42,477 bases of DNA, taken from positions 1-42,477 of the IMG/VR virus record IMGVR_UViG_3300032074_000011. One strand, written 5' to 3'. The translations under genes and the position numbers were made by a program. Below, one piece after another: positions 17,585-25,856 of this stretch. Source of the stretch: a virus (Duplodnaviria > Caudoviricetes). Every line of letters starts with the position of its first letter. Positions within the stretch are counted from its first letter, which is position 1. The notes beneath the pieces were generated by a model. It was not told the DNA's origin, made no database searches, and saw only the letters and a program-made list of their open reading frames with translations.

Positions 17585-18319
17585 TCAGAACATAGATAAC
17601 TGCTCCAGCTTGCGGCTATGCATCTCAAAGCGTACATACTCACCGGTGAGTACTGCAAAGGATCCTCTGAATTTCAGCATTAAGCCATCATAACTGCGTG
17701 AGCGCCTTCCTGCATTTATCTCTGCAGTATGTGCCTTCCAGGTAAGCGGAGCAATAGTACCTGTATAAGAGGTGAGCGTGGTAATACGATATCCTATAAT
17801 GAATCCTTGCTGTACAGAAGTAATGCAATACGATATCCCGTCTACTTCTACCGTATCTTTTACCCTGTTTTGATCAACGATCACTTTTGCGGAGTTAGCT
17901 TGTTTTAGCTCATCATACTTTTTGCTGGAAACAAGAATAGTGATTGGCATTAGTACAATAATTTTTAGTTCATTCAGTTTTGTTTTATCTCCATTGGATT
18001 CTGCAGACAGGAATGCTGTATCGTCAAACAGCTTTCCGTTTACATAGTTTGTTTGCTTGCCATAGCGCCTGCTGTGTGCATGCTGTATCCGGTCATAGAG
18101 AAGATGACAACGCAGGCAAAGCGCACCAAGTAATTTAAAGTTGTTGATGCGCCGGTCCCTTGCCAGATGCGCTATTGTTATGATGATCTTTCTCCCGGTG
18201 TATGGATCAATATCGCCTTTTCTTGCTCCGCAATTAAGGCAGCAATACTGATCACGTTTTAAAATGAGGCGCGTGATCAGCGACCATTTGGGGTGATAAT
18301 CGTGATAGTTGATGGGCAT
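17585..18319 (-). CDS. HNH-like protein fused to unknown C-terminal domain
   Basis: CxxC...TIAHL...N...LCxRCH; internal ATG at 17950. Confidence 0.65.
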   Translation of the reverse strand: MPINYHDYHPKWSLITRLILKRDQYCCLNCGARKGDIDPYTGRKIIITIAHLARDRRINNFKLLGALCLRCHLLYDRIQHAHSRRYGKQTNYVNGKLFDDTAFLSAESNGDKTKLNELKIIVLMPITILVSSKKYDELKQANSAKVIVDQNRVKDTVEVDGISYCITSVQQGFIIGYRITTLTSYTGTIAPLTWKAHTAEINAGRRSRSYDGLMLKFRGSFAVLTGEYVRFEMHSRKLEQLSMF

Positions 18320-18543
18320 TCCCTTACTACTTTTGGTTGTTGACAGTAGCCAAGATCCATAGCATTCAGTATTCCTTGTTTACCGTATGGTGTCCAGCTT
18401 TGCTCTATTTCAGTAAGTTGATGAAATACAAAAGCGGCCTGCTCTTTAATGGATGCATCCTGTAGTTCTTCATAATGGTCCTCGCTGATATCTATAATCT
18501 TCGTTTCAAAAACAATTTGCGGGTAGGTAATTTCTAATTTCAT
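18277..18543 (-). CDS. Hypothetical protein
   Basis: Co-oriented ORF in the early operon. Confidence 0.55.
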   Translation of the reverse strand: MKLEITYPQIVFETKIIDISEDHYEELQDASIKEQAAFVFHQLTEIEQSWTPYGKQGILNAMDLGYCQQPKVVRECPSTITIITPNGR

Positions 18544-18575
18544 AGTAGAGTTAACTTATAGGTTAAGTAATCAGT

Positions 18576-18998
18576 TTACTTTTCAGGTTGTGGTATTGGT
18601 GGCTTCAGCCACTCAGGTAAAGCAAATTCTTGCAGCATGGCTTTATAATGATGCAGGCGATTGGTTATAATCTTTCCACCCTTAAACACAAGTATTTTAC
18701 GGTTTACATCATTGATAGGAAGAGAGTTGTCGTACAATTCTGCGATCAACCATTGATGATGATAACCGATGAAGTATTCAAGTATGTTAACGAGCATTTT
18801 AGCCGGTTCTGTAATGCCGTATTTGTCACCACGCCTGCAGATTGGATTGATCTTCTTCCCTGCACTCTCGGGATACCGGATGAATATATCAAAACGGCAT
18901 CGCACTACGCCATCCTGAGTTACCAGGTTTCGTGGAAAGCTGCTGCCAGCTTCGTTTTGGTTGTGTTGATAAGGTTTGTTTTGTTGCATGTTATTCAC
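18576..18998 (-). CDS. Hypothetical protein
   Basis: 140 aa with A-rich upstream region. Confidence 0.6.
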   Translation of the reverse strand: MNNMQQNKPYQHNQNEAGSSFPRNLVTQDGVVRCRFDIFIRYPESAGKKINPICRRGDKYGITEPAKMLVNILEYFIGYHHQWLIAELYDNSLPINDVNRKILVFKGGKIITNRLHHYKAMLQEFALPEWLKPPIPQPEK

Positions 18999-19061
18999 TT
19001 TTTTTTGTTCATTTTTGGGTTATGCACAGTGGAAAACCCGCCTCGCGCGCGTAACCCTGTA

Positions 19062-19118
19062 CAAGGAGTTTAAGGTGTTTAAGGTTATGTATAAGGTGTA
19101 TATGGTGTTTAAGGTTTT
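19062..19118. repeat. Six ~9-bp iteron-like repeats (TAAGGTGTT), putative replication origin
   Basis: CAAGGAGTT TAAGGTGTT TAAGGTTAT gta TAAGGTGTA TATGGTGTT TAAGGTTTT, next to CGCGCGCG and just downstream of the wHTH gene. Confidence 0.65.
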
Positions 19119-19179
19119 TAATATAACCCTAGTACCGATTACCGTATATAACATTTTTTGGAGTGAGGCAAAATGAACC

Positions 19180-20196
19180 TCACGCAACGGTTTTTGCGCC
19201 ATAAATTGCTTCCTGTTTAATGGTTAATTCGTCACACAGTCGCCATATGGTTGCTTTCTCCTTTGCTACCCATGTGCAGTGACATTTTTTATCGTCTTTA
19301 CGGGCACGCCATTCGCTTTCTATCCCCCGTTTCTTTACGGTAAGCATCCCTACAGCTACCAGCCTGCGCTTGAGGTGGTGGAAGCCCATAGAAACAGATT
19401 GTACTTTGCCATTGGTGGCTTTTCGCTGTTGCACTTTATAGTTGAAGTGCCTGGCGTGGGTAGCGGTGGTTAATTCAATATCGGGGTTGGCAGGGCTTAC
19501 TTTATGCGCAATATCAAAACTGGATAGACCCACTTCTTTTTCTCCAAAGCTTTTCATTTGCAGCCGTAGGTGTTGCTTTCGGAAGTATTCACCATCTGAA
19601 TGCAGTTTATTGTAGTATTCAGCTTGGGTGTACACTTTTCGGGCGTATTCACTACGATGTTCGTACAAGTGATTAGCTAGATCCGATTTTATTTGTGGAT
19701 GACCATTTATCTTATTGTGATACTGAAGCCTGCCAGGCTCCTTATTGTCTTGTATGTAAATGGTGGCGAGTGTGTCCTGCAGGTGGGCTTTTTCCGATGG
19801 ATCATATAGTACATGTATTTTTTCAGTAGTGTTGATGCCGTATTTTTCTCCCAGCGTTTTCCAGCTAGCCAGTTTAAGGTGTTTGTGTTCTCTGCGCACT
19901 AAGCCTTCTACCTCCAGCCAGGTAATACGCATTTCCAGCGTGGCTCTTTTTACTTTGCAATAGGCTGCTATATCGCTTAATTGCAAGCGGTAATTTTGAA
20001 TAATCCCTGACGTAGTTATACTCTTCAGCAGCGCCCACGTACAGATGTTTTTAATAAAATCATTGTGCGTTTTGGCAGTGCCTTTTGTTACAAATGCACC
20101 ACATTCCTTACGCTGGTGAAAAGAATAAGCAATAAGCTCAAAAGCAAATGCTACGTCTTTGCGAGAAGGAGGTAATATGATAGCTTTCTTGCTCAA
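19180..20196 (-). CDS. wHTH-containing basic protein, putative replication initiator
   Basis: LSDIAAYCKVKRATLEMRITWLEVEGLV wHTH pattern; adjacent to iterons. Confidence 0.55.
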   Translation of the reverse strand: MSKKAIILPPSRKDVAFAFELIAYSFHQRKECGAFVTKGTAKTHNDFIKNICTWALLKSITTSGIIQNYRLQLSDIAAYCKVKRATLEMRITWLEVEGLVRREHKHLKLASWKTLGEKYGINTTEKIHVLYDPSEKAHLQDTLATIYIQDNKEPGRLQYHNKINGHPQIKSDLANHLYEHRSEYARKVYTQAEYYNKLHSDGEYFRKQHLRLQMKSFGEKEVGLSSFDIAHKVSPANPDIELTTATHARHFNYKVQQRKATNGKVQSVSMGFHHLKRRLVAVGMLTVKKRGIESEWRARKDDKKCHCTWVAKEKATIWRLCDELTIKQEAIYGAKTVA

Positions 20197-20654
20197 AGTT
20201 TAGAGTGGATATTTGGTTTGCTATTCTCCATTTTTTTATCCATCATAGCACCCTTCATCCATCCAAATACTATCTCCTTAATCATGTCTGAAAGGCTACA
20301 TTTTCCTGGCTCGTAACAGATATCTATACACTCATTAGTGTTAGTATCCCATTTTAAGTCAGTATAACTATGTATGTTCAGGTCTTTATTTTTTACTTCT
20401 ACACAGCCATTCTTTTCTAACCATTCTATAGCCTGGATAATTTCCGTTTTCGTAAATTGAATCACCATTGCAATTGCTGGTAATGATTCCTTATAGTTTC
20501 TAAGCACTTCGGAAAACATCGTTCTCATAAACAGCCAGGTGGAGATAGCATTCAATGGCATTTGTGTGTTATTGACCACTGCGTTATAAAGCAATGCAAT
20601 CGGAACATTCTTGATTTCAATAACAAAGTCTTCTCTGCTTTTTTTGTGTTTCAT
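20193..20654 (-). CDS. Short wHTH paralogue of 19180-20196
   Basis: Aligns by eye (TW, NY, IA, WLExxG, NTxExI, YxP). Start re-placed at MKHKK. Confidence 0.6.
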   Translation of the reverse strand: MKHKKSREDFVIEIKNVPIALLYNAVVNNTQMPLNAISTWLFMRTMFSEVLRNYKESLPAIAMVIQFTKTEIIQAIEWLEKNGCVEVKNKDLNIHSYTDLKWDTNTNECIDICYEPGKCSLSDMIKEIVFGWMKGAMMDKKMENSKPNIHSKL

Positions 20655-21044
20655 ATAGTATTTCAATTGTTGGTTAAGTTTTAAATAAAGCCTTCCCTTG
20701 CCCATCCTTTTTGCGTATATTGGGGCATAACTGCCAGTTAATAGCAAAGGAGTTAGCTCTCTGGAATCCCGTTGGATTTCCAGCACGGCGCTACCGGTAT
20801 GTGGGGTAGCCTGGTTCAATATGGTATCCTCAGTTATTGCTTCCTTGTTTTTTGTTGACCGGCAAAACACTGCCTTGTACCTGTATCGGCACAGGCATTG
20901 CTTTACAAAAGGCAAAAGAGTAGCAGATGGCGTTTAAATCCTTACGCCGGAGTTGCACACTGTCTGCTATTCGGTGCCTTTAATGGTCAATATGGTCCTT
21001 ACTCTTCTCTCTAATTTTTTGTTTTAGGTGAATGATTTTTAGGT

Positions 21045-21094
21045 TGGTGCCCAGGACAGGAGTCGAACCTGTGATCATGCCTGGCATGCCTGGC
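21045..21094 (-). pseudogene. tRNA-like fragment (T arm + acceptor 3' strand + ACCA)
   Basis: ACAGG-TTCGACT-CCTGT-CCTGGGC-A-CCA; D arm and anticodon arm absent. Confidence 0.65.
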
Positions 21095-21100
21095 AGTTAC

Positions 21101-21373
21101 TCACTTTTGCATTTCGCAAGGTTCCGAAATGTCACAAAACCTATAACCTAAATCGTTTTGCCAGTATGAAAACAATGTGTCTGCATGTAGCTCATCCATT
21201 ATTCTGATTACTAAACTTCCTTCATTATCAATTACAATCACTTTCCCAATTCTCTCAATAAACCAAGGGCGGGAGTGCTTACCTCCGGAGAGAAACATAT
21301 AGAGCTGCTCTGAATCTGCTTTATTTTCTGCAGAGAGCTTAATAGTACCGTTCTTAAATTCTCTTGCTTTCAT
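21101..21373 (-). CDS. Hypothetical protein
   Basis: ATGA-coupled to the upstream gene. Confidence 0.6.
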   Translation of the reverse strand: MKAREFKNGTIKLSAENKADSEQLYMFLSGGKHSRPWFIERIGKVIVIDNEGSLVIRIMDELHADTLFSYWQNDLGYRFCDISEPCEMQK

Positions 21374-21702
21374 GTGAGTTGATTGGCATTAAATTCATGA
21401 TAAATATGATTATACAACTGATGCAGGCTATTGCCAATGAAGCAGGTAACAGGTGTATTTTTTACAGTAATAACACGCGCGAAGGCAAGGCATACCGGCG
21501 CCGGTAGTGTAAAGCGGATCTTAGACTGAACAGGTCCAACAGCTTTAGGCTTTAGCTTCCTTAGCTGCCAGTCATACAGCACTGCTATGCAACACTTATC
21601 AGCCCAGGTATCGGTGCATGCTTTTTCTATCAACAATGCATCTATCCAGCGATCCAGTGTCTGTACTTCTGTAAAAGTCATCTTTACCTTTAGCTGCTTC
21701 AT
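21370..21702 (-). CDS. Hypothetical protein
   Basis: Start at 21702 (MKQLK) overlaps the upstream stop as ATGA. Confidence 0.6.
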   Translation of the reverse strand: MKQLKVKMTFTEVQTLDRWIDALLIEKACTDTWADKCCIAVLYDWQLRKLKPKAVGPVQSKIRFTLPAPVCLAFARVITVKNTPVTCFIGNSLHQLYNHIYHEFNANQLT

Positions 21703-21920
21703 AGAATAAGTCTTAAAGGAAATGCCTGAATATCTGCAGAAGGTGTTCGGCACTTTGTAAGCTCTTGCTGAAATTGCTCCTGGTTTTCATCGTTGTTAAC
21801 TGCAATACGTGTAATAAAACAATGCACTGGAATACCGGTGCTGGTTGTGCCCTCCCACACACGTGCAAGCACACCATCCAGCTCTACAATTTTGCTCGTG
21901 CTCTGTATAGTTACTTCCAT
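21699..21920 (-). CDS. Small conserved phage protein
   Basis: ARVWEGxTxxGIPVHCFITRIA motif; translationally coupled. Confidence 0.65.
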   Translation of the reverse strand: MEVTIQSTSKIVELDGVLARVWEGTTSTGIPVHCFITRIAVNNDENQEQFQQELTKCRTPSADIQAFPLRLIL

Positions 21921-22309
21921 TACTTCATAGATTTATTTGCTTTAACCAATTCGCTATACCGCTTAGCTTCACCAGGCACCAGCACACAGTGTGAGCATAA
22001 GTCCCTTTCCATCCACCAGCAATTACCCAGAGAAGGATGAAAACAGGCATCATCATCGAAGCAGCCACACACCTTACATACCTGCTTTGTTACAGGCCTT
22101 GCATGCACATAAACCATTTGGTTTAGCCTTATCGTTCTGGAGAAATGGCTGCGTTTCGGAGTAAGCATCCTATACTCCACTTCCCACACACCTGCAGATA
22201 ATTCTTTAACCTGCTGAGCAGTGAATACAGTGGTACTCGTTGGCTTGTAGGTGAATAGCTGGTTCTCCTTTAAATCAATCATTTTTATCCTTTCCAGTTG
22301 ATTACTCAT
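21920..22309 (-). CDS. Protein with C-terminal Cys-rich Zn-binding domain
   Basis: CKVCGC..DDAC....GNCWW...DLCSHC. Confidence 0.65.
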   Translation of the reverse strand: MSNQLERIKMIDLKENQLFTYKPTSTTVFTAQQVKELSAGVWEVEYRMLTPKRSHFSRTIRLNQMVYVHARPVTKQVCKVCGCFDDDACFHPSLGNCWWMERDLCSHCVLVPGEAKRYSELVKANKSMK

Positions 22310-22312
22310 GAT

Positions 22313-22573
22313 TTAATTGTTGTACAGTTCTGAAATAGTTTGTAAGCCGAAGAGTTGCCGTAATGCCTCTTCTATACACTCCCGAAAAGGGCATTTGCAA
22401 ATCTTTGATTTTGGCCACCTGGTCCATACTAACACCCGCTTTGGTGATGGCGGATCTGGACAGGAGAGGCTTAACCATTGCGAGATAATACTGCAGGCAA
22501 ACTCCAGTTTGTCCGGACCATACTTTTTTTGAATAAGTTCTTCCAGGCGGAAGGCTCTTTGCTTTTTCTTCAT
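22313..22573 (-). CDS. Hypothetical protein
   Basis: A-rich start context; packed against the next gene. Confidence 0.5.
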   Translation of the reverse strand: MKKKQRAFRLEELIQKKYGPDKLEFACSIISQWLSLSCPDPPSPKRVLVWTRWPKSKICKCPFRECIEEALRQLFGLQTISELYNN

Positions 22574-22883
22574 TAGTTTTGATACCTGTTTGTACCCCGT
22601 TGGCGCGGGGTTGGTTATGATTGCAATTGTTGTGACTACAAACGTTTAAAAAAGCCCCCCGCCTGGAAAAGCGGGGTTTTTTGATTTCAGATGTGTACTG
22701 CATACTGAAAAATATTTTTTGGCTTAGCATATCGTTGAACATAGCATTGCCTGGTATACACGTAGCGTAACAGCATAACATGAGCATCCGGGCAATGCCC
22801 AGGCTTATGTTTAAAGCAGTATGTATTGAGTAATCGTGGGGATTATTCATACCTCAATATTGAATTCCTTTAATGAACTTATC

Positions 22884-22959
22884 TGGCTGCACAGGCAGGG
22901 ATCGAACCTGCGACCTTGGCGCTAATAGTGCTATGCTCTTCCAACTGAGCTACGATGCA
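22884..22959 (-). tRNA. Aberrant tRNA, anticodon ATT (Asn-like), possibly pseudo
   Basis: 76-nt cloverleaf: D arm GCTC/GAGC, T arm GCAGG-TTCGATC-CCTGC, loop CT-ATT-AG, G discriminator + CCA. Two A-C mismatches in the anticodon stem and one mismatch in the acceptor stem. Confidence 0.75.
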
Positions 22960-22977
22960 AAACTTCAACTCATCTAT

Positions 22978-23205
22978 TCAACACTTCCACTTTGCGTAAA
23001 ACTTTTTAGCAATCATTGCACGGAACTGCGCACGTAACTGTTCCTCATTTGCCGGCTGCAGAGTCCGATGCTTTATTACTTTACCGCCTAAATAGGATTG
23101 CCCAGGTGATTCCTGCAGCGCTTGTAATACACGGTTAGCTACCTGTTCAGCTAAGTCTATATTGGGTGGATTTTCGTGCATTGGTGCTTGGTTATCTCTA
23201 TACAA
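22978..23205 (-). CDS. Hypothetical protein
   Basis: ORF after the cro-like gene; start uncertain. Confidence 0.4.
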   Translation of the reverse strand: MYRDNQAPMHENPPNIDLAEQVANRVLQALQESPGQSYLGGKVIKHRTLQPANEEQLRAQFRAMIAKKFYAKWKC

Positions 23206-23207
23206 TG

Positions 23208-23228
23208 TTGTAACAAAATTCGTAACAG
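23208..23228. promoter_or_regulatory. Putative operator copy 1
   Basis: TTGTAACAAAATTCGTAACAG; 19/21 identical to 23622-23642. Confidence 0.6.
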
Positions 23229-23244
23229 TATGGACAAAAAAAAT

Positions 23245-23490
23245 TTAGCCATTAACTATACTTGCTTCTAAATCAGCTACCTTTTTCTTCTTTTCTTCAA
23301 ATTCTTCTTTTACAAGTTTGATGGCATTTAGAACCTTCTCTTTCATGTCCAAGTTTGTAGGTCCTCCAGTCTTTACATAGCTGATTCTCTGTAAGTTAAC
23401 TTCTATCCCTTGCTCTTTTAAAATTTGCTGTACCCTCTCCCGCCATTTAGGTGGAAGATCACTTTTCTTTAATTTCTTAATTTCTGACAT
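23245..23490 (-). CDS. Cro-like small DNA-binding protein
   Basis: 81 aa basic, HTH-like; first gene of the early operon, divergent from the repressor. Confidence 0.55.
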   Translation of the reverse strand: MSEIKKLKKSDLPPKWRERVQQILKEQGIEVNLQRISYVKTGGPTNLDMKEKVLNAIKLVKEEFEEKKKKVADLEASIVNG

Positions 23491-23599
23491 ACTTTATTGA
23501 CTTTTTTAGAAAAGGGTGACTATCTTGTTAGGTTGGTGTCTATTCGCAACAACATAACAACTGTTTTCAAACACCAATATAACAAAATCGAAACTTGAG

Positions 23600-23631
23600 C
23601 AAAAGTATAAGGTTGTAACGATTGTAACAAA
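23600..23631 (-). promoter_or_regulatory. Early lytic promoter, Bacteroidota primary sigma consensus
   Basis: TTTG-N20-TACTTTTG on the minus strand. Confidence 0.75.
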
Positions 23632-23642
23632 ATTTATAACAG
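23622..23642. promoter_or_regulatory. Putative operator copy 2 overlapping the -33 box
   Basis: TTGTAACAAAATTTATAACAG. Confidence 0.6.
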
Positions 23643-23657
23643 AATTTTTTTGAGTTA

Positions 23658-24161
23658 ATGAACAATCAAAACAAAGTCATCAATACACAGTTTGAAAAGT
23701 CTGTTTTGAGCATCATTAACTATCTGCTCCAGAATAAAAAAAGGATTAGGCTTTTTGAGCATAATCATGAATTGCTTTCAGAATTAGGCATTACACAAAA
23801 TAGTTGGGGGATGTACAGGAACGGTTATAGGCACATACCTGACAGGATACATGAAAAGATAAAAGAAGTATTAACAGGAAAATACCATGCTAATAAGGAG
23901 TATATCAGAACTGGGAAAGGTAGCATGTTTTTAAAAAACTTAATTGAGACTGATCAATCATCCAGTGGGCTAGAAAAGAATGTCATAACAATAGAAAACT
24001 GGGAAGCAAAAGTGGAAGAAAGCGAAGCACTTAAAAAAGAAAATGCTGAACTGATTAAAAAGAATGCTGAACTACTTAAAAGGATAGTAGAGCTCCAGGA
24101 TAAATTGATTGAAGCAATGAATGGTTCAACAAAAAATCAACACCCTAAAGTAAACGAATGA
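23658..24161 (+). CDS. CI-like repressor (HTH + coiled coil, no S24 domain)
   Basis: ELGITQNSWGMYRNG HTH; NxEYIRTGKGSMF motif; divergent from cro. Confidence 0.7.
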   Translation: MNNQNKVINTQFEKSVLSIINYLLQNKKRIRLFEHNHELLSELGITQNSWGMYRNGYRHIPDRIHEKIKEVLTGKYHANKEYIRTGKGSMFLKNLIETDQSSSGLEKNVITIENWEAKVEESEALKKENAELIKKNAELLKRIVELQDKLIEAMNGSTKNQHPKVNE

Positions 24162-24244
24162 AAGACTTTGAATGGGAAGTTGCCTAAGAGTAGATGATGA
24201 GAGATATTATATAAAAGATTGGAGATAATATAATCCTAATTACA

Positions 24245-24445
24245 ATGAACATTATTGATAAGGAAACCTTTGAACAATTAAAATCAAGCTTCCTTGAAAG
24301 CAATAAGAAGTTTATAAACGAAGTAAACCGTCTTACACCAGAGAACTGCAATGAGATAGAAAATAGACTCACGCTTACAACCTTTCATACTAATGCAATT
24401 GAAAGCTATCACCAGTTTGTAAGGTATATACGAGGAATAAAATAA
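24245..24445 (+). CDS. Hypothetical protein
   Basis: 66-aa ORF downstream of the repressor. Confidence 0.45.
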   Translation: MNIIDKETFEQLKSSFLESNKKFINEVNRLTPENCNEIENRLTLTTFHTNAIESYHQFVRYIRGIK

Positions 24446-24549
24446 TGAGAAGTAAATAAAAATTCAGCGTCTTTAGGTAAGTGAAAGGCGCCCAATCACT
24501 CATTACCCAAGATTAAAAATAAACAGAAACCAAAACTAAACTTAAAAAT

Positions 24550-24789
24550 ATGTCAACCCTTTACGACAAGATAATGTTTGATCATAAACATTATTCGCAA
24601 TTAACTGAGCCGGCGGGCAAACAAGCCATTGAAGAATTAACTATGCTATTAAAGCCCTTAGAAACTGAAATAGTCAATGATCCGAATGGAAGAATATTCA
24701 TTGATAAATCAGGATACATCTATATTGAAGGTTTTCATCCGGAGGTGGCTATGAAAATAACGAAAATTTTGGAGGTAGGTTCAAAATAG
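24550..24789 (+). CDS. Hypothetical protein
   Basis: 79 aa with strong A-rich leader. Confidence 0.55.
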   Translation: MSTLYDKIMFDHKHYSQLTEPAGKQAIEELTMLLKPLETEIVNDPNGRIFIDKSGYIYIEGFHPEVAMKITKILEVGSK

Positions 24790-24845
24790 GTAGCAAAAAA
24801 GTTACCTGCAAATTTGGAAGTTAGGTAACATAATTGCTACCTTCG
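24788..24845 (+). promoter_or_regulatory. hicA promoter with two palindromic operators
   Basis: AGGTAGC-N6-GTTACCT and AGGTAAC-N6-GCTACCT flank/overlap TTTG-N21-TACCTTCG. Confidence 0.7.
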
Positions 24846-24917
24846 CTATGTTAAACGAAAGCCATAAAATATAAACTCAAACCAGTATGCAGATCGTAAT
24901 TTTAAAAACAGGTTATA

Positions 24918-25103
24918 ATGAATTCTATCGAAGTAATTTCATTACTAAAGAAAAATGGATGGGTTCTTAAAGATCAGAAAGGGAGCCATCAACAGTATGT
25001 GCATAGTAAAATAAAAGGTAAGATCACTGTTCCCTTTCATGGCAAGCGGGAACTTTCACCTAAAACATTGCATGCCATTTTGAAGAAGGCTGGACTTACA
25101 TAG
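24918..25103 (+). CDS. hicA: HicA mRNA interferase toxin
   Basis: 61 aa; GW...KGSH, VPFH and ILKKAGL motifs. Confidence 0.92.
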   Translation: MNSIEVISLLKKNGWVLKDQKGSHQQYVHSKIKGKITVPFHGKRELSPKTLHAILKKAGLT

Positions 25104-25138
25104 TGGTTATTTAAAAAAATACAATAAAAAAGAACACT

Positions 25139-25624
25139 ATGACTCAAATCGCATTAGTCATTGAGAGTGTGGAGGAAAAGCTTTTCTGGGGTAGGGTAGA
25201 GTACGATGATGATTTGATAGTTGATTCTGCAGCTACTATAGAACTGTTAGAAAAGAAGTTTAGAAAGCTTTTGAAAGACTTTCATGATCTGGATCCTAAA
25301 CAGATAACCTTCGACCTGCAGTATGATATTTCAGGGCTGTTTGAAGAAAACAAGTATTTGAATGCTTCGGCCATTGCTGAAATGGCTGGCATTAATAAGT
25401 CTCTTATGAGGCAATATACTTCCGGAGTAAAACATCCTTCCTACGAAAGGGCAATGCATATCCAAAAGGTTATAAATCAGATAGGAAAACAATTAGCAGT
25501 TGTAAAAATCGCATCCTCCGGAAAAAGCATGCAGAAAGCTGGTACTGGAAAGGATGCTGGTAAAGGAGCTTCGACACCAAGGAAGGTAGCGTCAAGTAGC
25601 TCCAGAGATAAAGTCATGCATTAA
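25139..25624 (+). CDS. hicB: HicB-like antitoxin with C-terminal HTH
   Basis: Follows hicA; LNASAIAEMAGINKSLMRQYTSGVKHPS HTH. Confidence 0.8.
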   Translation: MTQIALVIESVEEKLFWGRVEYDDDLIVDSAATIELLEKKFRKLLKDFHDLDPKQITFDLQYDISGLFEENKYLNASAIAEMAGINKSLMRQYTSGVKHPSYERAMHIQKVINQIGKQLAVVKIASSGKSMQKAGTGKDAGKGASTPRKVASSSSRDKVMH

Positions 25625-25625
25625 C

Positions 25626-25856
25626 ATGATTGTGAAAATAAAAGAGGTAGCTAAGCACTTATCTGGCACAGACGGCCTGTATGAAATCCGAATCAGTTCT
25701 GGCAATGACATTTTCCGCGTCTTCTGCTTTTTCGACGAAGGGCAACTCATTATTGTATTAAATGGCTTTCAGAAGAAAACACAAAAAACACCGGCAGAAG
25801 AAATGGAGCGGGCAAACAAACTCAAAAAGAAGTACTATGAAGACAAAGCAAAATAA
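25626..25856 (+). CDS. RelE/HigB (Gp49-like) toxin, N-terminally shortened; possible pseudogene
   Basis: KHLSGTDGLYEIR, FRVFCFFD and NGFQKKTQKTP motifs; only 76 aa. Confidence 0.8.
   Translation: MIVKIKEVAKHLSGTDGLYEIRISSGNDIFRVFCFFDEGQLIIVLNGFQKKTQKTPAEEMERANKLKKKYYEDKAK

Noticed and set aside
19062-19118. CRISPR or mini-array
   Set aside because: Units are 9 bp with no spacers, and no cas genes are present.
19020-19202. 60-aa ORF with TLN repeats
   Set aside because: It is the translation of the 9-bp repeat array; more plausibly an origin.
20755-20835. Hammerhead ribozyme (CTGAGGA...GAAA on the minus strand)
   Set aside because: Stem I cannot form and stem II is not properly closed.
22302-22850. 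182-aa ORF
   Set aside because: Runs through a terminator-like hairpin and overlaps the better-supported 22313-22573 ORF; at most its 5' part may be real.
22840-22883. HDV-like (theta) ribozyme after the tRNA
   Set aside because: The trailer is AT-rich, with no nested pseudoknot pairing visible.
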